In this document: in pieces, positions 7,477 to 17,400 of the stretch
Layout of the letters: each line of letters starts with the position of its first letter
Numbering within the stretch: position 1 is the stretch's first letter
DNA from: an uncultured Pseudomonadota bacterium
GTDB taxonomy: Bacteria > Oederibacteriota > Muellerivitia > Muellerivitales > Muellerivitaceae
NCBI GenBank assembly: GCA_963770835.1
Contig: CAVYRH010000008.1
Location: 96,001 to 160,000, forward strand
DNA length: 64,000 bases
Direction of reading: 5' to 3'
Made by a program: the position numbers and the translations under genes
The notes under the pieces: generated by a model
Seen by the model: the letters and a program-made list of their open reading frames with translations, nothing else
Databases searched by the model: none
Told to the model about the DNA's origin: nothing

Positions 7477-8763
7477 TCACGTTTTCACGCTGCCGGCCGG
7501 TGTACCGTCCGAATTGAAAGTCTCAAAAGTGCCGTCCTTGAAGATCAATAAAATCTTCGTCGGCCCGGTGCCGGTACTGGAAAATTTCACTTCCTGTACG
7601 TTGGTATCCAGGTAAACCGGCTTGCCGGAGGCTTTTGAGTTATTCAGGTCATAAAGAAAAGCGTCTCCTGTGGCCGAAACCGCCACCTTGACCTTTCCAT
7701 CCTGGCTCACAAAATCAATTGGTTCGTTGGAGGCGTTCGCGGCGGAACCGTTGGGCTCGATATTGTTCGTTAGCTTTTGTTCCTGGTTGTCCCCGTAAAC
7801 CGGGCCGCCGTAATCATCTTGGTTGTAGGCTGAGGAGCCGTTGCCGTTGCCGGCGGAACCGCCGGCGTTGCCGTCGCCCTGGGCCGGAGTATATTGGCCG
7901 TTGTTGTAGACGTAAACGTTCGTGGTCTCGGGGTTCTGCCACCACCAGTTATTACCGTACCAATAGTCCCAGTTTCCATACCAGGGGTCGTACCACCACC
8001 AATTGCCGGCGTAATACTGGCTCCAGAAGAACCCCCCGCCGCAGTTCCAGCCCCACCAGCAATTTCCGAAGCGGTCGTAGTAGTTGCAATAGTTATAGCC
8101 GTTCCAAGAGTGCCATAAATATTGGTTGGTCCTTCCGGCGATCGGGGTGGTGGCGGCGACTTTGGCCATGAAATTCCGGTTACCCGCGATGGCGGCCATT
8201 TGGGTCCGAATCGCGGGGCTGTTCATTCCGCGAGGGGAAACCACAGAAGAAGAAAAAGACCGGCCTGCGGGCCCTTGGCTGGGCAGCCCCGGCGCGGAAT
8301 GACTGAGATTGTGAGAAAGCATCGCCGAGGAAGACAGCGGCCGGGGAATGCTGGTCACTCCCATGCGTTGCAGGTTCTGCGGAACGACATTGGAATGATA
8401 AGTGTTGGAGCCGTTGTAACGGGAATTCGTGGAGAAATTGAAATGGTGGAAGGTCCCGCTTCCCTGGTAGGACCCATTGCCGCGGTAGCCGCGGTTGTAA
8501 TTGTAGGTGCGGCCTGAGGACCGGTAATAGGCCCTTCCATTGGAATAGTGTTGACCGTGATACACGGTGTCGTTGGAAGTGTTGGAACCGGTGGACCCTC
8601 CACCGCCGCCAGCATTACCGCCACCGCCACCCCCTCCGCTGTAACCACCACCGCCGCCGGCGTTGCCGCCACCGCCGCCCCCGGACAATCCCTCGTTATG
8701 GGCCCAAACCAACCCGTAAGGAATCAATGCCAGGATCACTACCACCATTATTGTCTTTTTCAT
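7477..8763 (-). CDS. Secreted Gly/Asn/Tyr-rich low-complexity protein with a Trp/Tyr/Cys-rich domain, paralog B
   Basis: Signal MKKTIMVVVILALIPYGLVWA; poly-Gly; YLWHSWNGYNYCNYYD...DPWYGNWDYW; C-terminal GKPVYLDT...DGTFETF; GGAGG RBS. Confidence 0.8.
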   Translation of the reverse strand: MKKTIMVVVILALIPYGLVWAHNEGLSGGGGGGNAGGGGGYSGGGGGGGNAGGGGGSTGSNTSNDTVYHGQHYSNGRAYYRSSGRTYNYNRGYRGNGSYQGSGTFHHFNFSTNSRYNGSNTYHSNVVPQNLQRMGVTSIPRPLSSSAMLSHNLSHSAPGLPSQGPAGRSFSSSVVSPRGMNSPAIRTQMAAIAGNRNFMAKVAATTPIAGRTNQYLWHSWNGYNYCNYYDRFGNCWWGWNCGGGFFWSQYYAGNWWWYDPWYGNWDYWYGNNWWWQNPETTNVYVYNNGQYTPAQGDGNAGGSAGNGNGSSAYNQDDYGGPVYGDNQEQKLTNNIEPNGSAANASNEPIDFVSQDGKVKVAVSATGDAFLYDLNNSKASGKPVYLDTNVQEVKFSSTGTGPTKILLIFKDGTFETFNSDGTPAGSVKT

Positions 8764-8820
8764 GAAACCACCTCCGGTAAAGCCTTCCCCACGCCGTCTA
8801 CTTTGAAATCCTTACACTAT

Positions 8821-8850
8821 TTTGACGTTTCAAAGGGGTAAAAAGGTCCC
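8821..8850 (-). promoter_or_regulatory. ECF sigma-like promoter upstream of Gly-rich paralog B
   Basis: Minus strand GGGACC-N17-CGTCAAA. Confidence 0.45.
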
Positions 8851-8940
8851 TGCCTAAGGGGCATAACAACAATCCGTCCCTCGAAACGCCGGTTTTAACC
8901 ATCCAACCAACACTCAATCCTCTGAAAATCGAATATATAC

Positions 8941-9615
8941 TCAATTTTCAGTTTCTTCGGAAATGATCCCCTCCGCCGCATCCAATAATCTCAAGGGCTC
9001 AACACACAAGGGATAATCCGTATCGAAAAAAGCGCATCGGATGATCCCTTGGGAGCTGATTCCGTATATCGCCGGAACCGGAAGGACATAAAGGGTGTTG
9101 CCCGTGTATTCCCTTAAATGAATCCCCGCCCTTCGAAGAGTTTTCGGGTTGATCTGGAAAGCCAATCCGAACCTTCTCGTGACATCCATAATTCTATCGC
9201 AAAACAAGGGAAAGTTGAGGTGGTCCCGGTCCTCCGTCTCCTGGAGCTTTGCGGGTTCATCCGGCGAAACGGCGAGGACTTGGAATCCAAGACGGGCCAG
9301 GCGGGGCTCAATCCCGGCTAATTGCTCCAACTGTTCATTCGCGAAAGGAGACCATCCTCCCTGGTAAAAGAGGATGAAAGTACTCTTCCCGCGAACCAAT
9401 CCCTCGAAATCCACCGCTTTCCCATCAGTGGACCTTAAAGTCCCGAAAGGCAGGTCATCCCCGACGCCAAGTGGAACTACGGACTGGGGGCTATGGGCAA
9501 TCATCTTTTTCGGCTCCACCCCGCCCCACATTCCATCTCCATCCCTTGCCAGGGCCCCGTTGGCCACGCCCATGAAAACGAAAAGGAAGCAGGCCGTATA
9601 AATTTTTATTTTCAT
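8941..9615 (-). CDS. Exported AhpC/TSA (peroxiredoxin-like) protein with the active-site Cys lost
   Basis: Signal peptide; VGDDLP; FYQGGWSPFANEQL (cf. FYRGxWCPxC); LAVSPD; LPVPAIY. Confidence 0.75.
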   Translation of the reverse strand: MKIKIYTACFLFVFMGVANGALARDGDGMWGGVEPKKMIAHSPQSVVPLGVGDDLPFGTLRSTDGKAVDFEGLVRGKSTFILFYQGGWSPFANEQLEQLAGIEPRLARLGFQVLAVSPDEPAKLQETEDRDHLNFPLFCDRIMDVTRRFGLAFQINPKTLRRAGIHLREYTGNTLYVLPVPAIYGISSQGIIRCAFFDTDYPLCVEPLRLLDAAEGIISEETEN

Positions 9616-9716
9616 CCCAACCTCCCGGCCCCCGGACGAACCCGGCGTCGTTCCCCAAACCCTCCATTATTCATATTCAAAATCCGAACAATCTGTTTCA
9701 ACCCTGTCCGCTTTAG

Positions 9717-11198
9717 TTATTTTACCGCGTCGGACGTTCCGCCCCCTAAAAGGTACTTCTCCCCCATCGCCGATAAAAGTTGCGTTTTAGCCTCGGCCGT
9801 TTGAAGGCCGACGTTCACCATGTCTTTCAAGGCCTGCTGAAGGTCCGAAAGGGGCCCCAGGAAGGCCAGGTATCTCTGGCGGGCCAGGGCCGCGGCCTTT
9901 TGAGCCTGATCCTGTTCCACCGACAAGGTTGCCAGGTCCTCGCGGGCCTCTTGCATTTGTTCCAGGTAGCGGACGTTTAAGTCGTCCAAAACCAGCTGGT
10001 CGGCGGAAACCTCTGCTTGCCGGGCCTGAGTCTCCGCCCGCGCCGCCTTTTCCTGGGCGTCGATGCGGAAGCCCTCGAAAATCGGCAGGCTGACACCCAC
10101 GAACAAGGAATAGTCCTGGGAGCCCACCAGGCGGGTATCGCTTAAATAGCCGGCGCCCCCGGCCACCTCCAAAACCGGGAGGTTCTCGGCGGAATACTGG
10201 GCAGTCGTCTCGTTGGCGGATTTGGTTTCCAATTCCGCTCCCGCCACCAGGGGATTCATCCCCGGCACCGTCAGGTTCGCCAGGTCCGCTTCCGACAACT
10301 CGGAGGGCGCGGGGCAGGAAATGCCCTTGGCGTCCAGCCCCGTCAAGAGAGCCAGGCGTTCCAGGGTTGCTTGGTACTGGCGGTTGAAGTCCGAGGCCTT
10401 CATGGCCGCGTCGGCCAACTGGTCGTCGATCAAATAGCCCTGCACTTGCGAGTACTGGCCGTTACGGACGAACCGAGCCACGGTGGTCTTGATGCCGGTG
10501 AGTTCATCGGCCAGGGCCTGCCACGCGTCCCGCTCCCCCCTTTGCCGCACCGCCTCCAGGTAAAGGCCCAGGGCATGTTCGTCCACCAGCTCAGCCTGGA
10601 ATTTCGTCCTTTGCCGGCTGGCGTCGTATTCGTAGTGGGCGGCGGACGACTGGTGCCAGATGGATAAGTCCAGGAGATCCCATTTGGCGTAGGCCCCGGC
10701 GGCGGCGCCCTGGCGGTAAGGAGAGGCCACCAGGCCTGGAAAACTGTTCAATCCGGAAGTGCCGAAACCCGAGGCCGATCCCGGGAAGCCGGTGGAATCC
10801 ACCGCATCAGCCCCCAGGTCCGGGTAAAAGCCCGAATCCGCGACCCGGGAGAATTCCCGGGCTTCGTTTTCGCGCGACGCGACGGCCTGGAGGGCGGGGC
10901 TTGTTTTTTCCGCCAGGCGCATGGCTTCGCCCAGGGTCAGGACTTTCCCAGGATTCTCCTGTGCGGTGGCAATCAACGGCAAAAGCAAAAAGAAGATTCC
11001 ACCGCCAAGACGCCAAGACGCCAAGAAAAATCTTTTCTTAAAAAACACACAATATCTAAAAACATGGTTTCGAAAAAATTCAACAAGGGATTCTGTTTTA
11101 GTTTTGAATTTTCGCCTCTCTTGGCGTCTTGGCGTCTCGTGCTTTTTACTGCCCTTGGCCGAAGGCCAATGGGTGGCGGTAGCTGTTGTCTTTCTCAC
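9717..11198 (-). CDS. TolC-family outer membrane efflux protein
   Basis: LTLGEAMRLAEKTSPAL, YPDL, SLPIFEGFR, A..RY..G motifs; follows two RND genes; N-terminal extension contains a palindromic insert so the start is uncertain. Confidence 0.85.
   Translation of the reverse strand: MRKTTATATHWPSAKGSKKHETPRRQERRKFKTKTESLVEFFRNHVFRYCVFFKKRFFLASWRLGGGIFFLLLPLIATAQENPGKVLTLGEAMRLAEKTSPALQAVASRENEAREFSRVADSGFYPDLGADAVDSTGFPGSASGFGTSGLNSFPGLVASPYRQGAAAGAYAKWDLLDLSIWHQSSAAHYEYDASRQRTKFQAELVDEHALGLYLEAVRQRGERDAWQALADELTGIKTTVARFVRNGQYSQVQGYLIDDQLADAAMKASDFNRQYQATLERLALLTGLDAKGISCPAPSELSEADLANLTVPGMNPLVAGAELETKSANETTAQYSAENLPVLEVAGGAGYLSDTRLVGSQDYSLFVGVSLPIFEGFRIDAQEKAARAETQARQAEVSADQLVLDDLNVRYLEQMQEAREDLATLSVEQDQAQKAAALARQRYLAFLGPLSDLQQALKDMVNVGLQTAEAKTQLLSAMGEKYLLGGGTSDAVK
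11003..11137. repeat. REP/MITE-like element: 19-bp inverted repeats built from (CGCCAAGA)n around an AT-rich spacer
   Basis: agacgccaagacgccaaga (11008-11026) is the exact reverse complement of 11119-11137. Confidence 0.75.
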
Positions 11199-14100
11199 TT
11201 CGAATCCTCCTTGTAGTAGGCGCTGTGGGGATCCTGGGGATCCAAGGACGCCGTGTGTGCGGCCTTATTCTGGTGCCAAAGGGCGTAAATGACCGGCATA
11301 ATCAGAAGCGTCGTGACCGTGGAGCCGCAAAGGCCCCCAATAACCCCCCGGGCCAGGGGCGCGCTTTGCTGGCCGCTGTCGGAGAGGCCCAGCGCCATGG
11401 GAATCATGCCCACCACCATGGCGATGGCCGTCATCAAAACCGGCCTCAGGCGGCTTTGGGCCCCGTACATGGAAGCCTCCCAGGAATGCCATCCCGCCAG
11501 CCGCGTCATATCCGCGAAAGTTACCAGGAGGATCGAGTTGGAAACCGACACTCCCACGGCCATGATGGTTCCCATGAAGGATTCGATATTCAGGGTCGAA
11601 CCCGTGAGGTAAAGAAGGGTCAAGGCCCCCGTGAGAACCGCCGGGACGTTGGAAAGAATGATGAGCGAGATGGGAAAGGACTCGAAGGTACCCGAAAGCA
11701 GCAGCAGCATGACCACCACCGCGAATAGCAGGCCGGCCGAAAGCCCTACAGTCATTTGTTGGAGGGTGGCCATCTGTCCCCGCACGTAGATCTGGACTTC
11801 CTTAGGCGCCGAGCGGCGAATAGGCTCCAGTACTTTATCCAAGGCCTCCGACGCGTGCCCCATGTCCAGCTTCCATAGATTACCGGTCACGCTGGCCATG
11901 CGGGCCATGTTGTAACGGTCGTATTCGGCCACTTCGGTGCCCGGTTTCACTTGGGCGAAGGTGTCCAAGGGCAAGGAGCCCTCGTTGACAGGGATAGGCA
12001 TTTTTTCCAGGTCCCCGACGGAATGAATGTCCCGTTCCGGCACTTCCACCTGCACTTGGTAATTCACGCCGTCCTTAGGGTCTTCCCAGTAATTCAACAG
12101 GGTGAAACGGCTGGACGAAGTCACGGGCACGAGGGCCCTGCCCACGTCGGTGACGTGCACGCCCCGGATACCCGCCTTTCGGCGGTTCACGTCCACGTCC
12201 AGGGTGGGGTATTCCCACGGCTGGCCGTATTGAAGGTCCCGGACGGAGGGGAGCGAGGCGGCCAGCGCCTGCTGGATTTGGGCGGCCACCTGCCGGTCGT
12301 GGTCCAGGTTTTGGCCGTTCACGTCCACCTCCACCTGCGTGGGCGAACCCTCGCTCATGACCTTGTCAATGAGCCCGCTGGCCTCGAAGGAAACCTCCAC
12401 GTCGGGCAGTTCCCGCTTGAAGACCGTCCTCAGTTTTTCCGCCAGTTCGGCGGTATTGACCTTGGACTCCTTTTTAAAAGCCACCTGGAGAACGGCCTCT
12501 TGGGGTCCGGAGGTCCAAAGGAAAATGGTGTTGATGGCGTATTGGGTGGGCTGGATCCCCACATAAGCCAATGTGGTACGCAAGCTATCGGCCCCTGCGG
12601 CCTGTTTGATGAGGTCAATAGCCTTGAGCAGGATTTGCTCGGTCTTGTCGATATGGGTTCCGGTGGGCGCGCGCAGGCGGATTTGAAGCTCATGGCTTTC
12701 CACTTTCGGGAAGATTTCCCGCCCGACACGGCTTCCCACGGTGAGGATCACGGCGGCCGCCAACAAGCCATAGCCTCCAATGAACAACCACCGCTTTTTG
12801 AAGATAAACTCCAGGAGCTTGCCGTGGACCCGTTTCATCTTACTGATTACCGTGTTTTTCCCAGGCGCATGGCCCTTTTCCTTTTCCAAAAGCCAAGTTG
12901 CCAGGATGGGCACCAGGGTCATGGAAAGGAAAAAGGCCCAGATGATGGAAAACCCGACCGCGAGCGTCAACGGCACAAAAAGGGCCTTGGTGATTCCCCC
13001 CATGAAAAAGGCGGGGATGAACACGGCCACGATGCAAAGCATGGTCACCAGGGCGGGGCTGAAAATCTCGCTGGCGCCGTTCAAGGCCGCCTCGGGCAGC
13101 CTTTCCCCCTTTTCCATGCGCACGTGGATGTTTTCAATCGTGACGGTCGACTCGTCCACCAGAATGCCGATGGCCAAGGCCAGGCCTCCCAGGGTCATGA
13201 TATTGATGGTCTGGCCGGCGGCCTTGAGGCTGGCAATAGCGCCCATGACAGCCAAGGGAATATTGATGATCACGATGAGGGCGCTGCGCCAGTCACCCAG
13301 GAACAAGAGGACCATCAGCCCCGTCAGCAAGGCCCCCATGGCCCCCTCAAAGGCCAGGGAGGAGATGGAGTCCTTGACGGCGCCCGATTGGTCGAATTCG
13401 TAGCTTATTTTGATGTCGTCCGGCAGGACATTCTGGAACATAGGAAGGTGGTCCTTGACGTCCTTCACCACCGCGAGCGTCGAAGCGTCGGCGCGCTTCA
13501 AAACCGGAAGGTAGATGGTCCTTTTGCCGTTCAAGAGGGCGTAGCCCACCTGGATGTCGGTGGCGTCCTCCACGGTCCCGACGTCCCCGATGAAAACCGT
13601 CGGGTAAGTCCCCAGGCGGATGGGAACCTGGAGCAGCTCGTTGATGTCCCGGACGATGGAATTCATGGGCACGGCGGGATACATATCGCCGATCCTGACG
13701 TTCCCCGCCGGCTCGATCTGGTTGGATTTGGCCAGGGCCTGCACCACGTCCTCCGGGGAAAGGTTGTAGGCCTGGAGCTTCTTGGGATCCACCCGAATGA
13801 CGATGGACCGGGGGCTGGAACCGAAGGAGTCCGAAACCAAAAGGCCAGGCAGTGTGGCCACCATCGGGCGGACATAGTTGAGGGCGTAATCCTCGACCTG
13901 GCCCAAGGGGCGGGTTTCGCTGGAGAAAACCAGGTCCCCCACGGGCAGGTTGCCGCTGTCAAAGCGCAGGAGAAGGGGCGGAAGCGTCCCGGTCGGCATG
14001 TTCTTGAGGGCGCGCATGGAGCGGGACACCGCCTCGCCCATGGCCGCGGACATGTCGGTGTCCGGGTAAAACTCCAGCTTGACCAGGGTCATGCTCCCGA

Positions 14101-14404
14101 TGCTCTTGGAGGTGATGTTCCGGATACCGTTGACGTAGGAAAACTGTTTCTCGAAGTTATAAGCGATGAAACTCTCCATTTGGGCCGGATCCAGCCCGCC
14201 ATAAGGTTCCACCACGTAGATCTGGGGCGTGCCCAAGTGGGGAAAGATATCGAACTGCATGTTGAGAAGGGACCAGGCGGCCCCCAGGGCCACGGCCGCG
14301 GCCAGGACCATGATGGTGATGGGGCGGCGCATGGCCAGCTTGACCATCCAGACACGCAGGACGCGTTGGATCATCAACTTTTGAAGGTTCTTAAGGGTCG
14401 TCAT
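11195..14404 (-). CDS. RND efflux permease (AcrB/CzcA/MdtBC superfamily), copy 2
   Basis: 1069 aa; MRRPIT, GILVDESTVTIENI, RLRPVLMT, APLARGVIGGL. Confidence 0.95.
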   Translation of the reverse strand: MTTLKNLQKLMIQRVLRVWMVKLAMRRPITIMVLAAAVALGAAWSLLNMQFDIFPHLGTPQIYVVEPYGGLDPAQMESFIAYNFEKQFSYVNGIRNITSKSIGSMTLVKLEFYPDTDMSAAMGEAVSRSMRALKNMPTGTLPPLLLRFDSGNLPVGDLVFSSETRPLGQVEDYALNYVRPMVATLPGLLVSDSFGSSPRSIVIRVDPKKLQAYNLSPEDVVQALAKSNQIEPAGNVRIGDMYPAVPMNSIVRDINELLQVPIRLGTYPTVFIGDVGTVEDATDIQVGYALLNGKRTIYLPVLKRADASTLAVVKDVKDHLPMFQNVLPDDIKISYEFDQSGAVKDSISSLAFEGAMGALLTGLMVLLFLGDWRSALIVIINIPLAVMGAIASLKAAGQTINIMTLGGLALAIGILVDESTVTIENIHVRMEKGERLPEAALNGASEIFSPALVTMLCIVAVFIPAFFMGGITKALFVPLTLAVGFSIIWAFFLSMTLVPILATWLLEKEKGHAPGKNTVISKMKRVHGKLLEFIFKKRWLFIGGYGLLAAAVILTVGSRVGREIFPKVESHELQIRLRAPTGTHIDKTEQILLKAIDLIKQAAGADSLRTTLAYVGIQPTQYAINTIFLWTSGPQEAVLQVAFKKESKVNTAELAEKLRTVFKRELPDVEVSFEASGLIDKVMSEGSPTQVEVDVNGQNLDHDRQVAAQIQQALAASLPSVRDLQYGQPWEYPTLDVDVNRRKAGIRGVHVTDVGRALVPVTSSSRFTLLNYWEDPKDGVNYQVQVEVPERDIHSVGDLEKMPIPVNEGSLPLDTFAQVKPGTEVAEYDRYNMARMASVTGNLWKLDMGHASEALDKVLEPIRRSAPKEVQIYVRGQMATLQQMTVGLSAGLLFAVVVMLLLLSGTFESFPISLIILSNVPAVLTGALTLLYLTGSTLNIESFMGTIMAVGVSVSNSILLVTFADMTRLAGWHSWEASMYGAQSRLRPVLMTAIAMVVGMIPMALGLSDSGQQSAPLARGVIGGLCGSTVTTLLIMPVIYALWHQNKAAHTASLDPQDPHSAYYKEDSK

Positions 14405-14471
14405 GGGTGCACTTCCTTTCCCCGCCGGGGAACGCCCGACCGGAGGTTGGATGGGAAAAACCCACCCTTTC

Positions 14472-17400
14472 TCACTTCAACCGGCCCTCGTAAAAGGCGC
14501 TTTGGGGATCGATCGGGTCCAACGACGCCGTGTGGGTAGGTTTCTCATGGTGAACGATGGCATAGATGACCGGCATGATGAGCAACGTGGTGATAGTCGA
14601 ACCCAGTAGCCCCCCGATGACCGCCCGGGCCAGGGGCGCGCTCTGCTGGCCGCTTTCGGAAAGCCCCAGGGCCATGGGGATCATGCCCACGATCATAGCG
14701 ATGGCCGTCATCAAAACCGGCCTCAAGCGGCTATGGGCCCCATGAACGGCAGCCTTCCAGGAATGGACGCCCGATCGCCGCGTCAGGTCCGCGAAGGTCA
14801 CCAGCAGGATCGAATTGGAAACCGATACTCCGACGGCCATGATGGTCCCCATGAAGGATTCGATATTCAAGGTCGAGCCGGTGAGGTAAAGAAGCGCGAG
14901 GGCCCCGGTGAGGACCGCCGGAACGTTGGAAACCACGATGGCGGCAATTGGGAAAGATTCGAAACTTCCCGCCAAAAGCAGGAGGATGACGATGATGGCG
15001 AAGAGCAACCCCGCCGAGAGGCCACCCACCATGGTATCCAGACTCTTAACCTGGCCCTGTACCCGAATTTGGGTTCCCCGCGGCAGGCCTTCCCGGATGG
15101 GTTTCAAGGCTTTTTCGATTTTTTGATCGGCGTGGCCCAAGTCGATGCCGAAAAGATTGCTTGTGACGGTGGCCATGCGCAGCATGTTGTACCGGTCGTA
15201 TTCCGCCACGGCGGTCACGGGTTGGACCTCCGCGAAATTGTCCAACGGCAGGGATGCGCCGTTGAAGGAGATCGGAACCTTTTTCAACTGGTCGACGGAG
15301 GTGACCAGGTTTTGGGGGACCTCAACCTGCACCTGGTAATTGATGCCGCTATGGGTGTCTTCCCAGAAATTCAAAAGCGAGAAGCGGCTGGAGGAAGTGA
15401 CGGGGATGAGGGACCGCCCGATGTCCGCCACCTGCACGCCGCGCAAGCCCGCCTTCCGGCGGTCCACTTGCACCTCGACGGCCGGATAATCGAAAGGTTG
15501 GCCGTACTGGATATCCCTTAAACCCGGAATTCCCTCCAGTGCCTGTTTCACCCGGGCCGCCACTTGCCGGTCGGCGTCCAAGTCGTGCCCGCTCACGGCG
15601 ATTTCAATGGGTTTGGGTGAGCCCTCGCTCATGACCTTGTCCACCATACCGCTGGCCTCAAAGGAAATTTCCACCCCCGGCAATTGCTGTTGGAAAAGGG
15701 GCCTTAACTTTTCCTGCAGTTGGGCGGTCGATATCTTGGAATCCCCCTTCAGCTGTACCTGCAGGCTCGCCTCTTGGGGGCCGGAAGTCCAAAGGAAGAT
15801 GGAATTGATTGCGTATTGGGTAGGCTGGGTGCCCACGTAGCCCAAGGTCGTTTCCACGTTGTCCGCCCCAGCGGCTTGCTTGATAAGATCAATCACTTTA
15901 AGCGTGATCCGCTCGGTTTCGTCGATGGCGGTGCCGGTCGGGGCCCGGACCCGCAAGGCCAATTGGTGGCTATCCACCTGGGGAAAGATTTCCCGTCCGA
16001 TGAGGGTTCCCAGGCCCAAAATTGTGAGGACGGCCACGATAATATAGAGCCCTTGAAAGGGCCATCGGTACCGGTAAATGAATTCAAGGATGCGGCCATG
16101 GGCCCGCCGCAGCTTTTCAATGAAAGGCTCCTTCTCATCCTTGCCTTGGGACTTTTTCGCGCGTTGCCCGTGGCCTTGGGGCAAAAGCCAGGTAGCCAGG
16201 ATCGGCACGATGGTCATGGAAAGAAAAAAGGCCCAGATGATGGAAAAGCCGACCGCCAGGGTCAGTGGCACGAAAAGGGCCTTGGCCATACCGCCCATGA
16301 AGAAGGCGGGAATGAAAACCGCCAGGATGCACAACATGATGAGGAAAGCCGGGCGGAAAATTTCGCTGGCGCCGTTGATGGCGGCGGTGGCCAGGTTTTC
16401 ACCTTTCTCCAGGCGCACGTGGATGTTTTCGATGGTGATGGCGCTTTCGTCCACCAAAATGCCGATGGCCAAAGCGAGTCCACCCAGGGTCATGATATTG
16501 ATGGTCTGGCCCGCGATCTTCAGGCTGAAAATGGCCCCCATGACAGCCAAGGGGATGTTGATGATGACAATGAGGGCGCTTCGCCAGTCGCCTAGGAACA
16601 ACAGGACCATGAGCCCGGTCAGGAGGGCCCCCATCGCCCCCTCAAAGGCCAGGGAGCTGATGGAGTTCTTGACCGCGCCCGATTGGTCGAATTCGTACTG
16701 GACTTCGATGTCCTTCGGCAAAACGCTTTTGAAGAGCGGGATGCTGTTCTTGACCTCGTTGACCACCGTCAAAGTGGAAGCGTCCGAGTGCTTGGTGACC
16801 GGCAGATAGATGGTTCGCTTGCCATTCAAGAGGGCGTAGCCCACCTGGATGTCGGTGGAATCGGAAACCGTGGCGATGTCTTTGAGGAAAACCGTGGGAT
16901 AGGTCCCCAGCCGGATGGGCACGGTCAAGAGTTCGTCGATCTTTTCCACAATGGAATTCATGGGCACCAGGGGGTACTGGGTGCCGATTTCCAAGTTGCC
17001 GGCGGGTACAATCAAGTTGGATTTTGCCAGGGCCACCGCCACATCCTCGGGCGAAAGGCTGAACTGGCTCAGTTTACGTGGATCCACGTTGATCACGATC
17101 GTGCGGGGGGATGAGCCGAAGGGGTTGGGCGCCAAGATCCCGGGCAAGGTGGCCAACAGGGGTCTGACGTAATTGAGGGCGTAGTCCTCAATATCCCCTA
17201 GGTTGCGGCCGGGACTGGAGAAGACCAAATCGCCCACCGGCAAACTTCCGCTATCAAAGCGCAAGATGAGCGGCGGCAAGGTGCCCGCCGGCATGTTCTT
17301 CAAGGCCCGGCTGGAATAAGCCACCACTTCCGCCATGGCCGCGGCCATGTTAGTTCCGGCGTGGAATCGCAGCTTAATGATCGAAGTCTGGGCGATGCTC

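Noticed and set aside
8941..9615. Selenocysteine at the peroxiredoxin active site
   Set aside because: The codon is TCT (Ser), not TGA.
11951..14539. Long + strand ORFs opposite the RND genes (and similar ones at 44500 and 50310)
   Set aside because: Antisense shadows of GC-rich coding sequence with no recognisable motifs.
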